Assembly: GCF_000006765.1 (NCBI RefSeq)
Contig: NC_002516.2
Source: Pseudomonas aeruginosa PAO1
GTDB taxonomy: Bacteria > Pseudomonadota > Gammaproteobacteria > Pseudomonadales > Pseudomonadaceae
Reading direction: 5' to 3' (one strand)
Length of the DNA stretch: 64,000 nucleotides
In this document: piece after piece, positions 47,047-58,500 of the stretch
Position numbering within the stretch: the stretch's first letter is position 1
Layout of the letters: the number at the start of each line of letters is the position of its first letter
Program-made: the position numbers and the translations under genes
The notes under the pieces: model-generated
The model's input: the letters and a program-made list of their open reading frames with translations, nothing else
The model's database searches: none
Told to the model about the DNA's origin: nothing

Positions 47047-49434
47047 ATGACCCCGTTCCCGCGCTTCGCCCTGCGTACTCTCCCCGCCCTGTTCCTCAGC
47101 CTCGGCTGTCTCGCCGCCACCGTGCAGGCCGCCGAGGCGGTTCGCTACCGCTTCAGCCAGGCTGCCGCGCCGCTGGCCCAGGCGCTCAACGCGTTCAGCC
47201 GGGCCAGCGGGCAGACGCTGCTCTACACCGCCGAGCTGCCGCCGCAGGCGACCGCTCCGGCATTGCACGGTTCGCTGGTCGCGGAGGAGGCGCTGCAACG
47301 CCTGCTGCAGGGCAGCGGCCTGCGCGCGCGGCGGATCGACGAGCGCACCCTGACCCTGGAACCGATCCCCGCCAGCGGCGCGCTCGACCTCGATGCCACG
47401 ACGGTCTCCGCCGCCGCCCCGGCGCAGGGCTACCGGCCGGCGGCCAACGCCTCGATCAGCCGCGGCGATGCGCCGGTACTGGAAATCCCCCAGGCGATCA
47501 GCGTGGTCCCGGCACAGGCGCTGCAGGACCAGCGCCCGCGCAACCTTGACGACGCGCTGGGCAACATCAGCGGCATCACCCAGGCCAACACCCTCGGCGG
47601 TACCCAGGACGCGGTGATGAAGCGCGGCTTCGGCGACAACCGCGACGGCTCGATCATGCGCGACGGCATGCCCTCGGTGCAGGGCCGCAATTTCACCGCC
47701 ACCGCCGACCACGTCGAGGTGCTGAAGGGGCCAGCATCCCTGCTCTATGGCATCCAGGATCCGGGCGGGGTGGTCAACGTGGTGAGCAAGAAGCCACAAC
47801 TGCAACAAGCCAACGCCCTGACCCTGCGTGGCTCGGCCTACGCCCACGGGCGCAACGGCAGCGGCGGCCAGCTCGACTCCACCGGCCCGCTGGGCGACAG
47901 CGGACTGGCCTACCGGATGATCCTCGATCATGAGGACGAGGATTACTGGCGCGACTTCGGCAAGAGTCGCGAGACGCTGGTGGCGCCCTCGCTGGCCTGG
48001 TACGGCGAGGACACGACGGTCAACCTGAGCTACGAGCACCGCGAGTTCACCACGCCGTTCGACCGTGGTACGGCCATCGACCCGCGTACCAACCGCCCGC
48101 TGGACATCCCGCGCAGCCGGCGCCTGGACGAGCCCTTCAACATCACCGAGGGCCGTTCCGAGCTGACCCGCCTGGATCTCGAACGGCAGCTCGACGACAC
48201 CTGGAAGGCCCACTTCGGCTACGGCTACAGTCGCGAGACCTACGACGACAACCAGGCCCGGGTGATGGCCGTGAATGCCGACGGCACCCTGACCCGGCGC
48301 ATGGACGGCACCCACGGCGCGGTCAGCAGCGACAGCTTCACCACCCTCGGCCTGAGCGGAACGCTGCAACTGGCCGGGATGCAACATGACCTGCAATTCG
48401 GCATGGACCACGAGAAGCGCAAGATCTTCCGCGCCGACCTGCTGCGCGACAGCAAGACCAGCCGCTTCGACTACCTCGACCCGGTCTATGGCCAGGTGGT
48501 GCCGTCGACCCGGGTGGTCGCCGGCGACAGCGACCAGACCGACAAGCTGCGCAGCGACTCGCTGTACTTCCAGGACTCGATCCACCTGGACGAACGCTGG
48601 ATCCTGGTCGGCGGCGCGCGCTACCAGATCTACGACCAGCTCGCCGGGCGCGGCCGGCCGTTCAACGCCAACACCGATATCAACGGGCAGAAATGGGTGC
48701 CGCGCGGCGGCCTGGTCTACCGCCTGAGCGACGAGGTTTCGCTGTACGGCAGCTACATGCGCTCGTTCAAGCCGAACTCGACCATCGCCCCGCTGAGCAC
48801 CGGCGAGACCATCGATTCGGCGATCCTGCCGGAGGAGGCGACCTCCTGGGAGCTGGGCGCCAAGCTGGATGTGCCGGGGCGTCTCAGCGGCACCCTGGCG
48901 CTGTTCGACATTCGCAAGAAGAACGTGCTGGTCAACGAACTCGACGGTGCCGGCAACAGCAGCGTGCGCGCCGCCGGCCGGGTCCGCTCGCGCGGCCTGG
49001 AGCTGGACCTCACCGGCCAGCTCAGCGAACGCTGGAGCCTGATCGGCAGCTACGCCTGGCTCGCCGCGGAAGTCACCGAGGACCCGACCCTGGAGGGCAA
49101 GCGCCTGCAGAACGTGGCGCGCAACACCGCGTCGCTGTCGGCGGTCTACGAACTCGGCCAGCTCTTCGGCGGCGACCGCCTGCGCCTGGGCGGCGGCGCG
49201 CGCTACGTCGGCAAGCGCCCGGGCGACCCGGCCAATTCCTTCGACCTGCCGTCCTACACCGTGGCCGATGCCTTCGCCAGCTACGACACCCGCTTCGGCG
49301 GGCACGGCGTGAAGTTCCAGCTCAACGTGAAGAACCTGTTCGACCGCACCTACTACCCGTCCAGTGCCAATCGACTGTACGTGGCGATGGGCGAGCCCCG
49401 GCAGTTCCAGGTGTCGACGACGGTGGAGTTCTGA
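47047..49434 (+). CDS. TonB-dependent siderophore-type receptor/transducer with N-terminal signalling (STN) domain
   Basis: Signal peptide, STN domain (PLAQALNAFSRASG), plug (EIPQAISVV; VEVLKGPASLLYG), NVKNLFDRTYY and C-terminal F. Confidence 0.93.
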   Translation: MTPFPRFALRTLPALFLSLGCLAATVQAAEAVRYRFSQAAAPLAQALNAFSRASGQTLLYTAELPPQATAPALHGSLVAEEALQRLLQGSGLRARRIDERTLTLEPIPASGALDLDATTVSAAAPAQGYRPAANASISRGDAPVLEIPQAISVVPAQALQDQRPRNLDDALGNISGITQANTLGGTQDAVMKRGFGDNRDGSIMRDGMPSVQGRNFTATADHVEVLKGPASLLYGIQDPGGVVNVVSKKPQLQQANALTLRGSAYAHGRNGSGGQLDSTGPLGDSGLAYRMILDHEDEDYWRDFGKSRETLVAPSLAWYGEDTTVNLSYEHREFTTPFDRGTAIDPRTNRPLDIPRSRRLDEPFNITEGRSELTRLDLERQLDDTWKAHFGYGYSRETYDDNQARVMAVNADGTLTRRMDGTHGAVSSDSFTTLGLSGTLQLAGMQHDLQFGMDHEKRKIFRADLLRDSKTSRFDYLDPVYGQVVPSTRVVAGDSDQTDKLRSDSLYFQDSIHLDERWILVGGARYQIYDQLAGRGRPFNANTDINGQKWVPRGGLVYRLSDEVSLYGSYMRSFKPNSTIAPLSTGETIDSAILPEEATSWELGAKLDVPGRLSGTLALFDIRKKNVLVNELDGAGNSSVRAAGRVRSRGLELDLTGQLSERWSLIGSYAWLAAEVTEDPTLEGKRLQNVARNTASLSAVYELGQLFGGDRLRLGGGARYVGKRPGDPANSFDLPSYTVADAFASYDTRFGGHGVKFQLNVKNLFDRTYYPSSANRLYVAMGEPRQFQVSTTVEF

Positions 49435-49485
49435 GTCGGCGCTCGCTCCAGGTGGGGTTCCCCGGCGTCCTCCTGGACGTGGAGG

Positions 49486-49618
49486 CCCCCCTGAAGGGCG
49501 AAGGGTCGGCGCGATGCTGCCCGACCATGCTCCATCCGGTTCCTTCTTCCCCCAGGGAAGGGATTGCCCGGCGCGTGAGTCGTTCCGCCATCCAGTGCCT
49601 TCTCCCTTTGGGGAAAGG
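49486..49618. repeat. Cluster of three decayed CCCTCTCCC..GGGAGAGGG-type REP hairpins
   Basis: CCCCCCTGAAGGGCGAAGGG (49486), CCTTCTTCCCCCAGGGAAGGG (49542) and CCTTCTCCCTTTGGGGAAAGG (49598). Confidence 0.5.
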
Positions 49619-49720
49619 AAGGCGGAGAACCGCCTGGCACGACCTCGCCGCACGCCACACCTCGTTCCCAACCCGCCCGTTGGGTACCATGCCCGCACCA
49701 CTCGCCGCCCCGGCCGCCCC

Positions 49721-50638
49721 ATGAACCTCGACAACCGCATCAAGTTCCGCCACCTCGCCTGCTTCCTCGAAGTCGCCCGCCAGCGCAGCTTCGCCAAGGC
49801 GGCGGATGCCGTGGCGGTGTCGCAGCCGGCGATCTCCAAGACCCTCAAGGAACTGGAGGAAATCCTCGGCGCGCGCCTGTTCGAACGGAGCAAGGCCGGC
49901 GCCGAGCTGACCGAGGCGGGCGTGACCTTCCTGCGCTATGCCGGCCCCTGCGTGCAGGCCCTGCGCGACGGGGTGAACACCCTGCGCGGCCACGAGGCGC
50001 AGGTCGAGACGGTGCGGGTCGGCGTGCTGTCGACGGTGGAGAGCCTGGTGGTGCCCGAGGTGATCCGGCGCCTGCACCGGCGCCACGGTGCGCTGGTGGT
50101 CAGCGTCGCCACCGGACCCAGCGCCTACCTGCTGGCGCAACTGAAGGTCGGCGAGCTGGACCTGGTGGTCGGGCGGATGACCGATAGCCCGGACATCCAG
50201 GGCCTGACCTTCGAGCACCTGTACAGCGAGTCGATGATGCTGGTGGTGCGTCCCGGCCACCCCTTGCTCGCCGCGCCCCTCGGCGACCTGCAGCGGCTGG
50301 CCGAATTCCCACTGGTGCTGCCGCTGGCCGGCACCACCATCCGCCGCCACGCCGACAGCCTGTTCGTGCAGTGGGGCATCGCGCTCGCCGGACAGCGCCT
50401 GGAAACCCTCTCGCCGACCCTCAGCCGCAGCTATGTGTTGCGCAGCGAGGCGATCTGGGTGGCGCCGCGCGATGCCGTGCGCCTGGACGTCGGCAACGGC
50501 GAGCTGGCCGAGCTGGACCTGGGTATCCGCGAACCGGGCGGTTCGGTCGGGCTGTGCCACAACGCGGCCTTGCCGTTGCCGCTGGGGGCGCAATGGTTCA
50601 GCGCGGTGTTGCGCGAGGTGGCCGCCGAGTTGCACTGA
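49721..50638 (+). CDS. pcaQ: LysR regulator PcaQ
   Basis: MNLDNRIKFRHLACFLEVARQRSFAKAA; directly upstream of pcaHG. Confidence 0.9.
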   Translation: MNLDNRIKFRHLACFLEVARQRSFAKAADAVAVSQPAISKTLKELEEILGARLFERSKAGAELTEAGVTFLRYAGPCVQALRDGVNTLRGHEAQVETVRVGVLSTVESLVVPEVIRRLHRRHGALVVSVATGPSAYLLAQLKVGELDLVVGRMTDSPDIQGLTFEHLYSESMMLVVRPGHPLLAAPLGDLQRLAEFPLVLPLAGTTIRRHADSLFVQWGIALAGQRLETLSPTLSRSYVLRSEAIWVAPRDAVRLDVGNGELAELDLGIREPGGSVGLCHNAALPLPLGAQWFSAVLREVAAELH

Positions 50639-50644
50639 TAAAGC

Positions 50645-50660
50645 ATAACCAAATGGTTAT
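50645..50660. promoter_or_regulatory. PcaQ binding site
   Basis: Perfect ATAACC-N4-GGTTAT palindrome, matching the alphaproteobacterial PcaQ motif ATAACC-N4-GGTTAA. Confidence 0.8.
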
Positions 50661-50772
50661 GTATGGGGCCGGATAATTCACTGTCCCCGTCCCGCCTCCT
50701 GCGTAAGACTTCGTTTTCCATGCCTGAATCCACAAGCCTGGCGACCGATAACGCGAATAACAGGAGCCCGAC

Positions 50773-51492
50773 ATGCACGACGCCGAAAGCCGTCGTTTCG
50801 TCATCCGTGACCGAAACTGGCACCCCAAAGCCTTGACCCCCGACTACAAGACCTCCGTGCCGCGCTCGCCGAGCCAGGCGCTGGTGAGCATCCCGCAATC
50901 GCTCTCGGAAACCAGCGGGCCGGACTTCTCCCACCTCAGGCTCGGCCGCCACGACAACGACCTGCTGCTCAACTTCGACCACGGCGGCCTGCCCCAGGGC
51001 GAGCGCATCATCATGTTCGGCCGGGTCTTCGACCAGTACGGCAAGCCGGTCCCGCACACCCTGGTGGAGATGTGGCAGGCCAACGCCGGCGGGCGCTACC
51101 GGCACAAGAACGACCGCTACCTGGCGCCGCTCGACCCGAACTTCGGCGGCGTCGGCCGGACCCTCACCGACAGCGAGGGCCACTATTACTTCCGCACCAT
51201 CAAGCCCGGGCCCTATCCCTGGCGCAACGGCCCCAACGACTGGCGCCCGGCGCACATCCACGTGTCTGTCAGCGGCCCGGCGATCGCCGCGCGGCTGGTC
51301 ACCCAGATGTACTTCGAGGGCGACCCGCTGATCCCCAAGTGCCCGATCATCCGCACCCTTGCCGACCCGGAGGCGGCGCAGAGCCTGATCGGCCGGCTCG
51401 ACATGAGCATGGCCAACCCGATGGATTGCCTGGCCTACCGCTTCGACATCGTCCTGCGCGGGCAGCGTAAGACCTTCTTCGAGAACGCCTGA
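50773..51492 (+). CDS. pcaH: Protocatechuate 3,4-dioxygenase beta subunit
   Basis: [29 protein letters not shown] and WRPAHIH motifs. Confidence 0.96.
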   Translation: MHDAESRRFVIRDRNWHPKALTPDYKTSVPRSPSQALVSIPQSLSETSGPDFSHLRLGRHDNDLLLNFDHGGLPQGERIIMFGRVFDQYGKPVPHTLVEMWQANAGGRYRHKNDRYLAPLDPNFGGVGRTLTDSEGHYYFRTIKPGPYPWRNGPNDWRPAHIHVSVSGPAIAARLVTQMYFEGDPLIPKCPIIRTLADPEAAQSLIGRLDMSMANPMDCLAYRFDIVLRGQRKTFFENA

Positions 51493-51502
51493 GGAGCCGA
51501 CC

Positions 51503-52108
51503 ATGAGCCACGAACTGCTGCGGGAAACCCCTTCCCAGACCGCCGGTCCCTATGTCCACATCGGCCTGGCGCTGGCCGCCGCCGGCAACCCGACCCGTGA
51601 CCTGGAGATCTGGAACCGCATGGCCCGCGAAGGCGCGCGGGGCCAGCACATCCTCCTGCTCGGCCACGTCTACGACGGCAACGGCCACCTGGTGCGCGAC
51701 TCGTTCCTGGAGTTCTGGCAGGCCGACAGCGAAGGCCGCTACCAGGAGCGCTACGATCCGGAGCGTCCGTTCAACAGCTTCGGCCGCACCGCCACCACCT
51801 TCGATGCCGGCGAGTGGACCCTGCACACGGTCAAGCCGGGGGTGGTGCGTAACGCCCAGGGCGTGCCGATGGCGCCGCACATCAACGTCTCGCTGTTCGC
51901 CCGCGGCATCAACATCCACTTGCAGACCCGGCTGTACTTCGATGACGAGACCGAGGCCAACGCCGCCTGTCCGGTGCTCAACCTGATCGAGCAGGCGCCG
52001 CGTCGCGACACCCTGCTCGCGCAGCGCTGCGAAGTGGACGGACAGCTCGCCTACCGTTTCGACATCCGCATCCAGGGCGACAACGAGACGGTGTTCTTCG
52101 ACTTCTAG
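51503..52108 (+). CDS. pcaG: Protocatechuate 3,4-dioxygenase alpha subunit
   Basis: ETPSQTAGPYVHIG, FARGIN and TVFFDF motifs. Confidence 0.96.
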   Translation: MSHELLRETPSQTAGPYVHIGLALAAAGNPTRDLEIWNRMAREGARGQHILLLGHVYDGNGHLVRDSFLEFWQADSEGRYQERYDPERPFNSFGRTATTFDAGEWTLHTVKPGVVRNAQGVPMAPHINVSLFARGINIHLQTRLYFDDETEANAACPVLNLIEQAPRRDTLLAQRCEVDGQLAYRFDIRIQGDNETVFFDF

Positions 52109-52250
52109 GCGCATCGATCGCGCGGGAAGGAAGGGCGCCCTTGCCGGAGCGGCAAGGGCGTACCCAGAACCCGCCGATGGGTACCTGACATTACTCCCGG
52201 AGGGCGATGGGTAGCCCCGACAGTACTACAGTCGGAGGCGCTCCGGTCAA

Positions 52251-52284
52251 TTGCGATGATCGAACGAGTGTCCGATAATCGGCG
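52251..52284. promoter_or_regulatory. Tandem PcaR/PobR-type (IclR) operators
   Basis: TTGCGATGATCGAAC (52251-52265) and GTCCGATAATCGGCG (52270-52284) resemble GTTCGATAATCGCAC. Confidence 0.65.
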
Positions 52285-52314
52285 AGCCTTTCCGTGACCC
52301 GAGCCCGAACGTCC

Positions 52315-53154
52315 ATGAGCGAACTCCCGGAACACCCCGCCACCCTGGCGCCGCCGACCGTCCTTTCGCCGGCCAAGCGCATCGAGGCCTTCACCGGCGA
52401 TCCCAACTTCATGACCTCGCTGGCCCGTGGCCTGGCGGTGATCCATGCGTTCCAGGAGCGCAAGCGGCACCTGACCATCGCCCAGATCAGCCACCGCACC
52501 GAGATACCCCGCGCCGCCGTGCGTCGCTGCCTGCACACGCTGATGCAGCTTGGCTACGCCACCACCGACGGGCGCACCTACTCGCTGTTGCCGAAGGTGC
52601 TCACCCTCGGCCACGCCTACCTGTCGTCGACGCCGCTGGCGATCACTGCGCAGCCGATCCTCGACCGCCTCAGCGAACAGCTCCACGAAGCCTGCTCGAT
52701 GGCCACCCTGGAGGGCGACGACGTGCTCTACATCGCCCGTTCGGCCACTCCCCAGCGGCTGATTTCGGTGGACCTCAACGTCGGCAGCCGGCTGCCCGCC
52801 TATTGCACCTCGATGGGCCGCATCCTCCTCGCCGCGCTGGACGACGACGCGCTGCACGCCTACTTCGGCGGAGTGGAGATGCAGGCCAAGACCAGCCGTA
52901 CCCTGTATACCCCCGAGACCCTGCTGCCGTGCCTGGTGGAGATTCGTCGCCAGGGCTGGTGCATCGTCGACCAGGAACTGGAAGTCGGCCTGCGCTCGCT
53001 GGCGGTGCCGGTACGCGACTCCGCCGGCCATGTGCTCGCCGCGCTGAACGTCGGCACCCATGCCGGGCGGGTCTCCCGCGCCGAACTGGAAAGCCGTTTC
53101 CTGCCGTTGCTGCTGGAGGCCAGCCGCGAGCTGAGCGCGCGCCTGTTCACCTGA
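52315..53154 (+). CDS. pcaR: IclR family regulator PcaR
   Basis: FMTSLARGLAVI, IPRAAVRRCLHTL, LPAYCTSMGR and DQELEVGLRS motifs. Confidence 0.94.
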   Translation: MSELPEHPATLAPPTVLSPAKRIEAFTGDPNFMTSLARGLAVIHAFQERKRHLTIAQISHRTEIPRAAVRRCLHTLMQLGYATTDGRTYSLLPKVLTLGHAYLSSTPLAITAQPILDRLSEQLHEACSMATLEGDDVLYIARSATPQRLISVDLNVGSRLPAYCTSMGRILLAALDDDALHAYFGGVEMQAKTSRTLYTPETLLPCLVEIRRQGWCIVDQELEVGLRSLAVPVRDSAGHVLAALNVGTHAGRVSRAELESRFLPLLLEASRELSARLFT

Positions 53155-53306
53155 CGCCGGAGGCGATCCCCTCCACAAGTTTGGAAAAGGAACCCCCGCT
53201 TCCATCTGATAGTCGCAATCCTTGGGGACGCGGCTAGAATCCCTGCCAATTCTGGGAGTTTCCGGCCGGATCGGCCGGTATCTGTATGGATCGCGAAGGG
53301 GAAGGC

Positions 53307-54458
53307 ATGTCAGACGCCAGAGGCGCTTTTCATTCCAAAGGTCGCTGGTCGCGGATGGCGCTGCCCGCCATCCTGTGCGCCGGCCTGCTTGTCGGTTGCG
53401 GCGCCGAGCCGCCCGCCGAGGAACACGTCCGTGTGCTGGCGCAGACGGTGAAGATGGCCGAGTTCGCCTCGGCCACCTCGATCACCGGCGACATCCAGGC
53501 ACGGGTACAGGCCGACCAGTCGTTCCGTGTCGGCGGCAAGATCGTCGAGCGCCTGGTCGATGTCGGCGACCACGTCGCGGCTGGCCAGGTGCTGGCGCGG
53601 CTCGACCCGCAGGACCAGCGCAGCAACGTGGAGAACGCCCAGGCGGCGGTCGCCGCGCAGCAGGCGCAGTCGAAGCTCGCCGACCTCAACTACCAGCGGC
53701 AGAAGGCGCTGCTGCCCAAGGGCTACACCAGCCAGAGCGAGTACGACCAGGCGCTGGCCTCGGTGCGCAGCGCGCAGAGTTCGCTGAAGGCCGCCCAGGC
53801 GCAGTTGGCCAACGCCCGCGACCTGCTTTCCTATACCGAGCTGCGTGCCTCCGACGCCGGGGTCATCACCGCCCGCCAGGCCGAGGTCGGCCAGGTGGTG
53901 CAGGCCACCGTGCCGATCTTCACCCTGGCCCGCGACGGCGAGCGCGACGCGGTGTTCAACGTCTACGAGTCGTTGTTCAGCCACGATGTCGACGGCCAGC
54001 GGATCACCGTCAGCCTGCTCGGCAAGCCGGAAGTCACCGCCAGCGGCAAGGTCCGCGAGATCACCCCCACGGTGGACGAGCGCAGCGGTACGCTGAAGGT
54101 CAAGGTCGGCCTCGACTCGGTGCCGGCGGAAATGAGCCTCGGCAGCGTGGTCAACGCCAGCGTCGCCGCGCCGGCCGAGCACAGCGTGGTGCTGCCCTGG
54201 TCGGCGCTGTCCAAGGTCGGCGAGCAGCCGGCGGTCTGGTTGCTCGACCAGCAAGGCAAGGCGCGTCTGCAACCGGTGCGGGTGGCACGCTACGCCAGCG
54301 AGAAGGTGGTCATCGACGGTGGCCTGGAGGCGGGCCAGACGGTGGTCACGGTGGGCGGCCAACTGCTCCATCCGGGCCAGGTGGTCGAGGTGGCCCAGCC
54401 GCCGCAGCCGACCCAGAGCACCGCCAGCCGCGACGCCGTGGGCGGAGGCCAGCCATGA
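53307..54458 (+). CDS. triA: RND membrane fusion protein TriA
   Basis: Lipobox LVGC, lipoyl-like FRVGGKI and coiled coil; first of two tandem MFPs. Confidence 0.92.
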   Translation: MSDARGAFHSKGRWSRMALPAILCAGLLVGCGAEPPAEEHVRVLAQTVKMAEFASATSITGDIQARVQADQSFRVGGKIVERLVDVGDHVAAGQVLARLDPQDQRSNVENAQAAVAAQQAQSKLADLNYQRQKALLPKGYTSQSEYDQALASVRSAQSSLKAAQAQLANARDLLSYTELRASDAGVITARQAEVGQVVQATVPIFTLARDGERDAVFNVYESLFSHDVDGQRITVSLLGKPEVTASGKVREITPTVDERSGTLKVKVGLDSVPAEMSLGSVVNASVAAPAEHSVVLPWSALSKVGEQPAVWLLDQQGKARLQPVRVARYASEKVVIDGGLEAGQTVVTVGGQLLHPGQVVEVAQPPQPTQSTASRDAVGGGQP

Positions 54459-55525
54459 AGCCGTTTTCCCTCGCCGGCCTGTTCGGCTTCGCCCTGCTCC
54501 TCTCCGGCTGCGGCGACGAGCCGCCGCCGGCACCGCCGCGGCCGGTGCTGACGGTGACCGTGAAGACCCTGAAGAACGACGACCTCGGTCGCTTCGCCGG
54601 GAGCATCCAGGCGCGCTACGAGAGCGTGCTCGGCTTCCGCACCAACGGACGGATCGCCTCGCGCCTGTTCGACGTCGGTGACTTCGTCGGCAAGGGCGCG
54701 CTGCTGGCGACCCTCGACCCCACCGACCAGCAGAACCAGTTGCGCGCCAGCCAGGGCGACCTGGCCAGCGCCGAGGCACAGTTGATCGACGCCCAGGCCA
54801 ATGCCCGGCGCCAGGAAGAACTGTTCGCCCGCAGCGTCACCGCCCAGGCGCGCCTGGACGATGCGCGGACCCGCCTGAAGACCAGCCAGGCCAGCTTCGA
54901 CCAGGCCAAAGCGGCGGTGCAGCAGGCCAGGGACCAGCTTTCCTACACGCGCCTGGTGACCGATTTCGACGGCGTCATCACCACCTGGCACGCCGAGGCC
55001 GGGCAAGTGGTCAGCGCCGGCCAGGCGGTGGTCACCCTGGCCCGGCCCGAAGTGCGCGAGGCAGTCTTCGACCTGCCCACCGAGGTCGCCGAGAGCCTGC
55101 CGGCCGACGCGCGCTTCCTGGTCAGCGCCCAGCTCGACCCGCAGGCCAGGACCACCGGCAGCATCCGCGAGCTGGGTCCGCAGGCCGACGCCTCGACCCG
55201 CACCCGTCGCGTGCGCCTGAGCCTGGCGCAGACGCCGGAGGCGTTTCGCCTCGGTTCGACCATCCAGGTCCAGCTGAGCAGCGCCGGTAGCGTGCGCAGC
55301 GTGCTGCCGGCCAGCGTGCTGCTGGAGCGCGACGGCAAGACCCAGGTCTGGGTCGTCGATGGGAAACAGTCCAGCGTGGCCCTGCGCGAGGTACAGGTGC
55401 TCAGCCGCGACGAACGCCAGGTGGTGATCGGACAGGGCCTGGCCGACGGCGACCGGGTGGTCCGCGCCGGAGTCAACAGCCTCAAGCCCGGCCAGAAGAT
55501 CAAACTCGACGAGGATGCGCGATGA
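54455..55525 (+). CDS. triB: RND membrane fusion protein TriB
   Basis: Lipobox LSGC and MFP architecture; ATGA overlaps with both neighbours. Confidence 0.92.
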   Translation: MKPFSLAGLFGFALLLSGCGDEPPPAPPRPVLTVTVKTLKNDDLGRFAGSIQARYESVLGFRTNGRIASRLFDVGDFVGKGALLATLDPTDQQNQLRASQGDLASAEAQLIDAQANARRQEELFARSVTAQARLDDARTRLKTSQASFDQAKAAVQQARDQLSYTRLVTDFDGVITTWHAEAGQVVSAGQAVVTLARPEVREAVFDLPTEVAESLPADARFLVSAQLDPQARTTGSIRELGPQADASTRTRRVRLSLAQTPEAFRLGSTIQVQLSSAGSVRSVLPASVLLERDGKTQVWVVDGKQSSVALREVQVLSRDERQVVIGQGLADGDRVVRAGVNSLKPGQKIKLDEDAR

Positions 55526-58500
55526 AGGGCGGTTTCAACCTGTCGGACTGGGCCCTGCGCCACCAGTCCCTGGTCTGGTACCTGATGGCGGTATCGCTGG
55601 TGATGGGCGTGTTCTCCTACCTCAACCTGGGGCGCGAGGAGGATCCCTCGTTCGCCATCAAGACCATGGTCATCCAGACCCGCTGGCCGGGCGCCACGGT
55701 GGACGACACCCTGGAGCAGGTCACCGACCGCATCGAGAAGAAGCTCGAGGAGCTGGACTCGCTGGATTACGTGAAGAGCTACACGCGACCCGGCGAATCG
55801 ACGGTCTTCGTCTACCTCAAGGACACCACCAAGGCCGGCGACATCCCGGATATCTGGTACCAGGTGCGCAAGAAGATATCCGACATCCAGGGCGAATTCC
55901 CCCAGGGCATCCAGGGACCGGGTTTCAACGACGAGTTCGGCGACGTGTTCGGCAGCGTCTACGCCTTCACCGCCGATGGCCTGGACTTCCGCCAGCTGCG
56001 CGACTACGTGGAGAAGGTGCGCCTGGACATCCGCTCGGTGAAAGACCTGGGCAAGGTGCAGATGATCGGTGCGCAGAACGAGGTCATCTACCTCAACTTC
56101 TCTACCCGCAAGCTGGCCGCCCTCGGTCTCGACCAGCGCCAGGTCGTGCAGAGCCTGCAGGCGCAGAACGCGGTGACCCCGTCCGGCGTGGTCGAGGCCG
56201 GCCCCGAGCGCATCTCGGTGCGCACCTCCGGCAACTTCCGTTCGGAAAAGGACCTGCAGGCGGTCAACCTGCGGGTCAACGATCGTTTCTACCGGCTGTC
56301 CGACCTGGCCAGCATCAGCCGCGATTTCGTCGACCCGCCGACCTCGCTGTTCCGCTACAAGGGCGAGCCGGCCATCGGCCTGGCGGTGGCGATGAAGGAG
56401 GGCGGCAATATCCTCGAGTTCGGCGAGGCGCTCAATGCGCGCATGCAGGAGATCACCGGCGAACTGCCGGTTGGCGTCGGCGTGCACCAGGTGTCGAACC
56501 AGGCCCAGGTGGTGAAGAAGGCGGTCGGCGGTTTCACCCGGGCGCTGTTCGAGGCGGTGGTGATCGTCCTCATCGTCAGCTTCGTCAGCCTCGGCCTGCG
56601 CGCCGGGCTGGTGGTGGCCTGCTCGATCCCGCTGGTGCTGGCGATGGTCTTCGTGTTCATGGAATACACCGACATCACCATGCAGCGGGTTTCCCTCGGC
56701 GCGCTGATCATCGCCCTCGGCCTGCTGGTGGACGATGCCATGATCACCGTGGAGATGATGATCACGCGCCTCGAACTGGGCGACTCGCTACACGACTCGG
56801 CGACCTACGCCTACACCTCGACGGCCTTCCCGATGCTCACCGGGACCCTGGTGACGGTGGCCGGCTTCGTACCCATCGGGCTCAACGCCAGCTCCGCCGG
56901 CGAGTACACCTTCACCCTGTTCGCAGTGATCGCCGTGGCGCTGCTGCTGTCGTGGATCGTCGCGGTGCTGTTCGCCCCGGTGATCGCCGTGCACATCCTG
57001 CCGAAGACTCTCAAGCACAAGTCGGAGCAGAAGAAGGGCCGCATTGCCGAGCGTTTCGACAGCCTGCTGCACCTGGCGATGCGCCGGCGCTGGACGACCA
57101 TCTTCCTCACCGCGCTGCTGTTCGGCGTGTCGCTGTTCCTGATGAAGTTCGTCCAGCACCAGTTCTTCCCGTCTTCCGACCGTCCGGAACTGCTGGTCGA
57201 CCTCAACCTGCCGCAGAACAGCAGCATCCACGAGACCAGGGCGGTGATGGACCGCCTGGAAGCGACGCTGAAGGACGACGAGGACATCGACCACTGGAGC
57301 GCCTACGTCGGCGAAGGCGCGATCCGCTTCTACCTGCCGCTGGACCAGCAGTTGCAGAACAACTTCTATGGCCAGCTGGTGATCGTCACCAAGGACCTGG
57401 AGGCCCGCGAGCGCGTCGCCGCACGCCTGCGCGATCGCTTGCGCAAGGACTACGTCGGCATCAGCACCTACGTGCAGCCGCTGGAGATGGGGCCGCCGGT
57501 GGGACGGCCGATCCAGTACCGGGTCAGCGGACCGCAGATCGACAAGGTCCGCGAGTACGCCATGGGCCTGGCCGGCGTGCTCGACGGCAACCCGAACATC
57601 GGCGATATCGTCTACGACTGGAACGAGCCCGGGAAGATGCTCAAGATCGACATCGCCCAGGACAAGGCGCGCCAGCTCGGGCTTTCCTCCGAGGACGTGG
57701 CGCAGATCATGAACAGCGTGGTGACCGGCAGCGCGGTGACCCAGGTGCGCGACGACATCTACCTGGTGAACGTCATCGGCCGCGCCGAGGATAGCGAGCG
57801 CGGCTCGCTGGAGACCCTGGAGAGCCTGCAGATCGTCACGCCCAGCGGCACCTCGATCCCGCTCAAGGCGTTCGCCAAGGTCAGCTACGAGCTGGAGCAG
57901 CCGCTGGTGTGGCGCCGCGACCGCAAGCCGACGATCACGGTGAAGGCGTCGCTGCGCGGCGAGATCCAGCCCACCGACCTGGTCGCCCGGCTGGCGCCGG
58001 AGGTCAAGCGCTTCGCCGACGGCCTGCCGGCGAACTACCGGATCGAAGTGGGCGGCACGGTGGAGGAGAGCGGCAAGGCCGAGGGCCCGATCGCCAAGGT
58101 GGTGCCGCTGATGCTGTTCCTCATGGCGACCTTCCTGATGATCCAGTTGCAGAGCGTGCAGAAGCTATTCCTGGTGGCCAGCGTCGCGCCGCTGGGGCTG
58201 ATCGGGGTGGTCGCGGCGTTGCTGCCGACCGGCACGCCGATGGGCTTCGTGGCGATCCTCGGGATTCTCGCGCTGATCGGCATCATCATCCGCAACTCGG
58301 TGATCCTGGTGACCCAGATCGATGCCTTCGAGAAAGACGGCAAGACGCCCTGGGAAGCCGTGCTGGAAGCCACCCACCACCGCACCCGGCCGATCCTGCT
58401 GACGGCGGCGGCGGCCAGCCTGGGGATGATCCCCATCGCCCGCGAAGTGTTCTGGGGGCCGATGGCCTATGCGATGATCGGCGGCATCGTCGCCGCCACG

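Noticed and set aside
46789-49893. 1034-aa antisense ORF over the TonB-dependent receptor; likewise 34100-36445, 14749-17052 and 23504-25078
   Set aside because: They mirror well-supported genes on the other strand, a typical high-GC artefact.
53170-53190. DnaA-box-like CCCTCCACA / TTTGGAAAA upstream of triA, and CGTGGAAAA near 780
   Set aside because: These are isolated and mismatched, compatible with chance.
53222-55525. Apparent 767-aa ORF suggesting a fusion or frameshift upstream of triB
   Set aside because: The N-terminal part is an off-frame read through triA. triB starts at ATG 54455, overlapping the triA stop.
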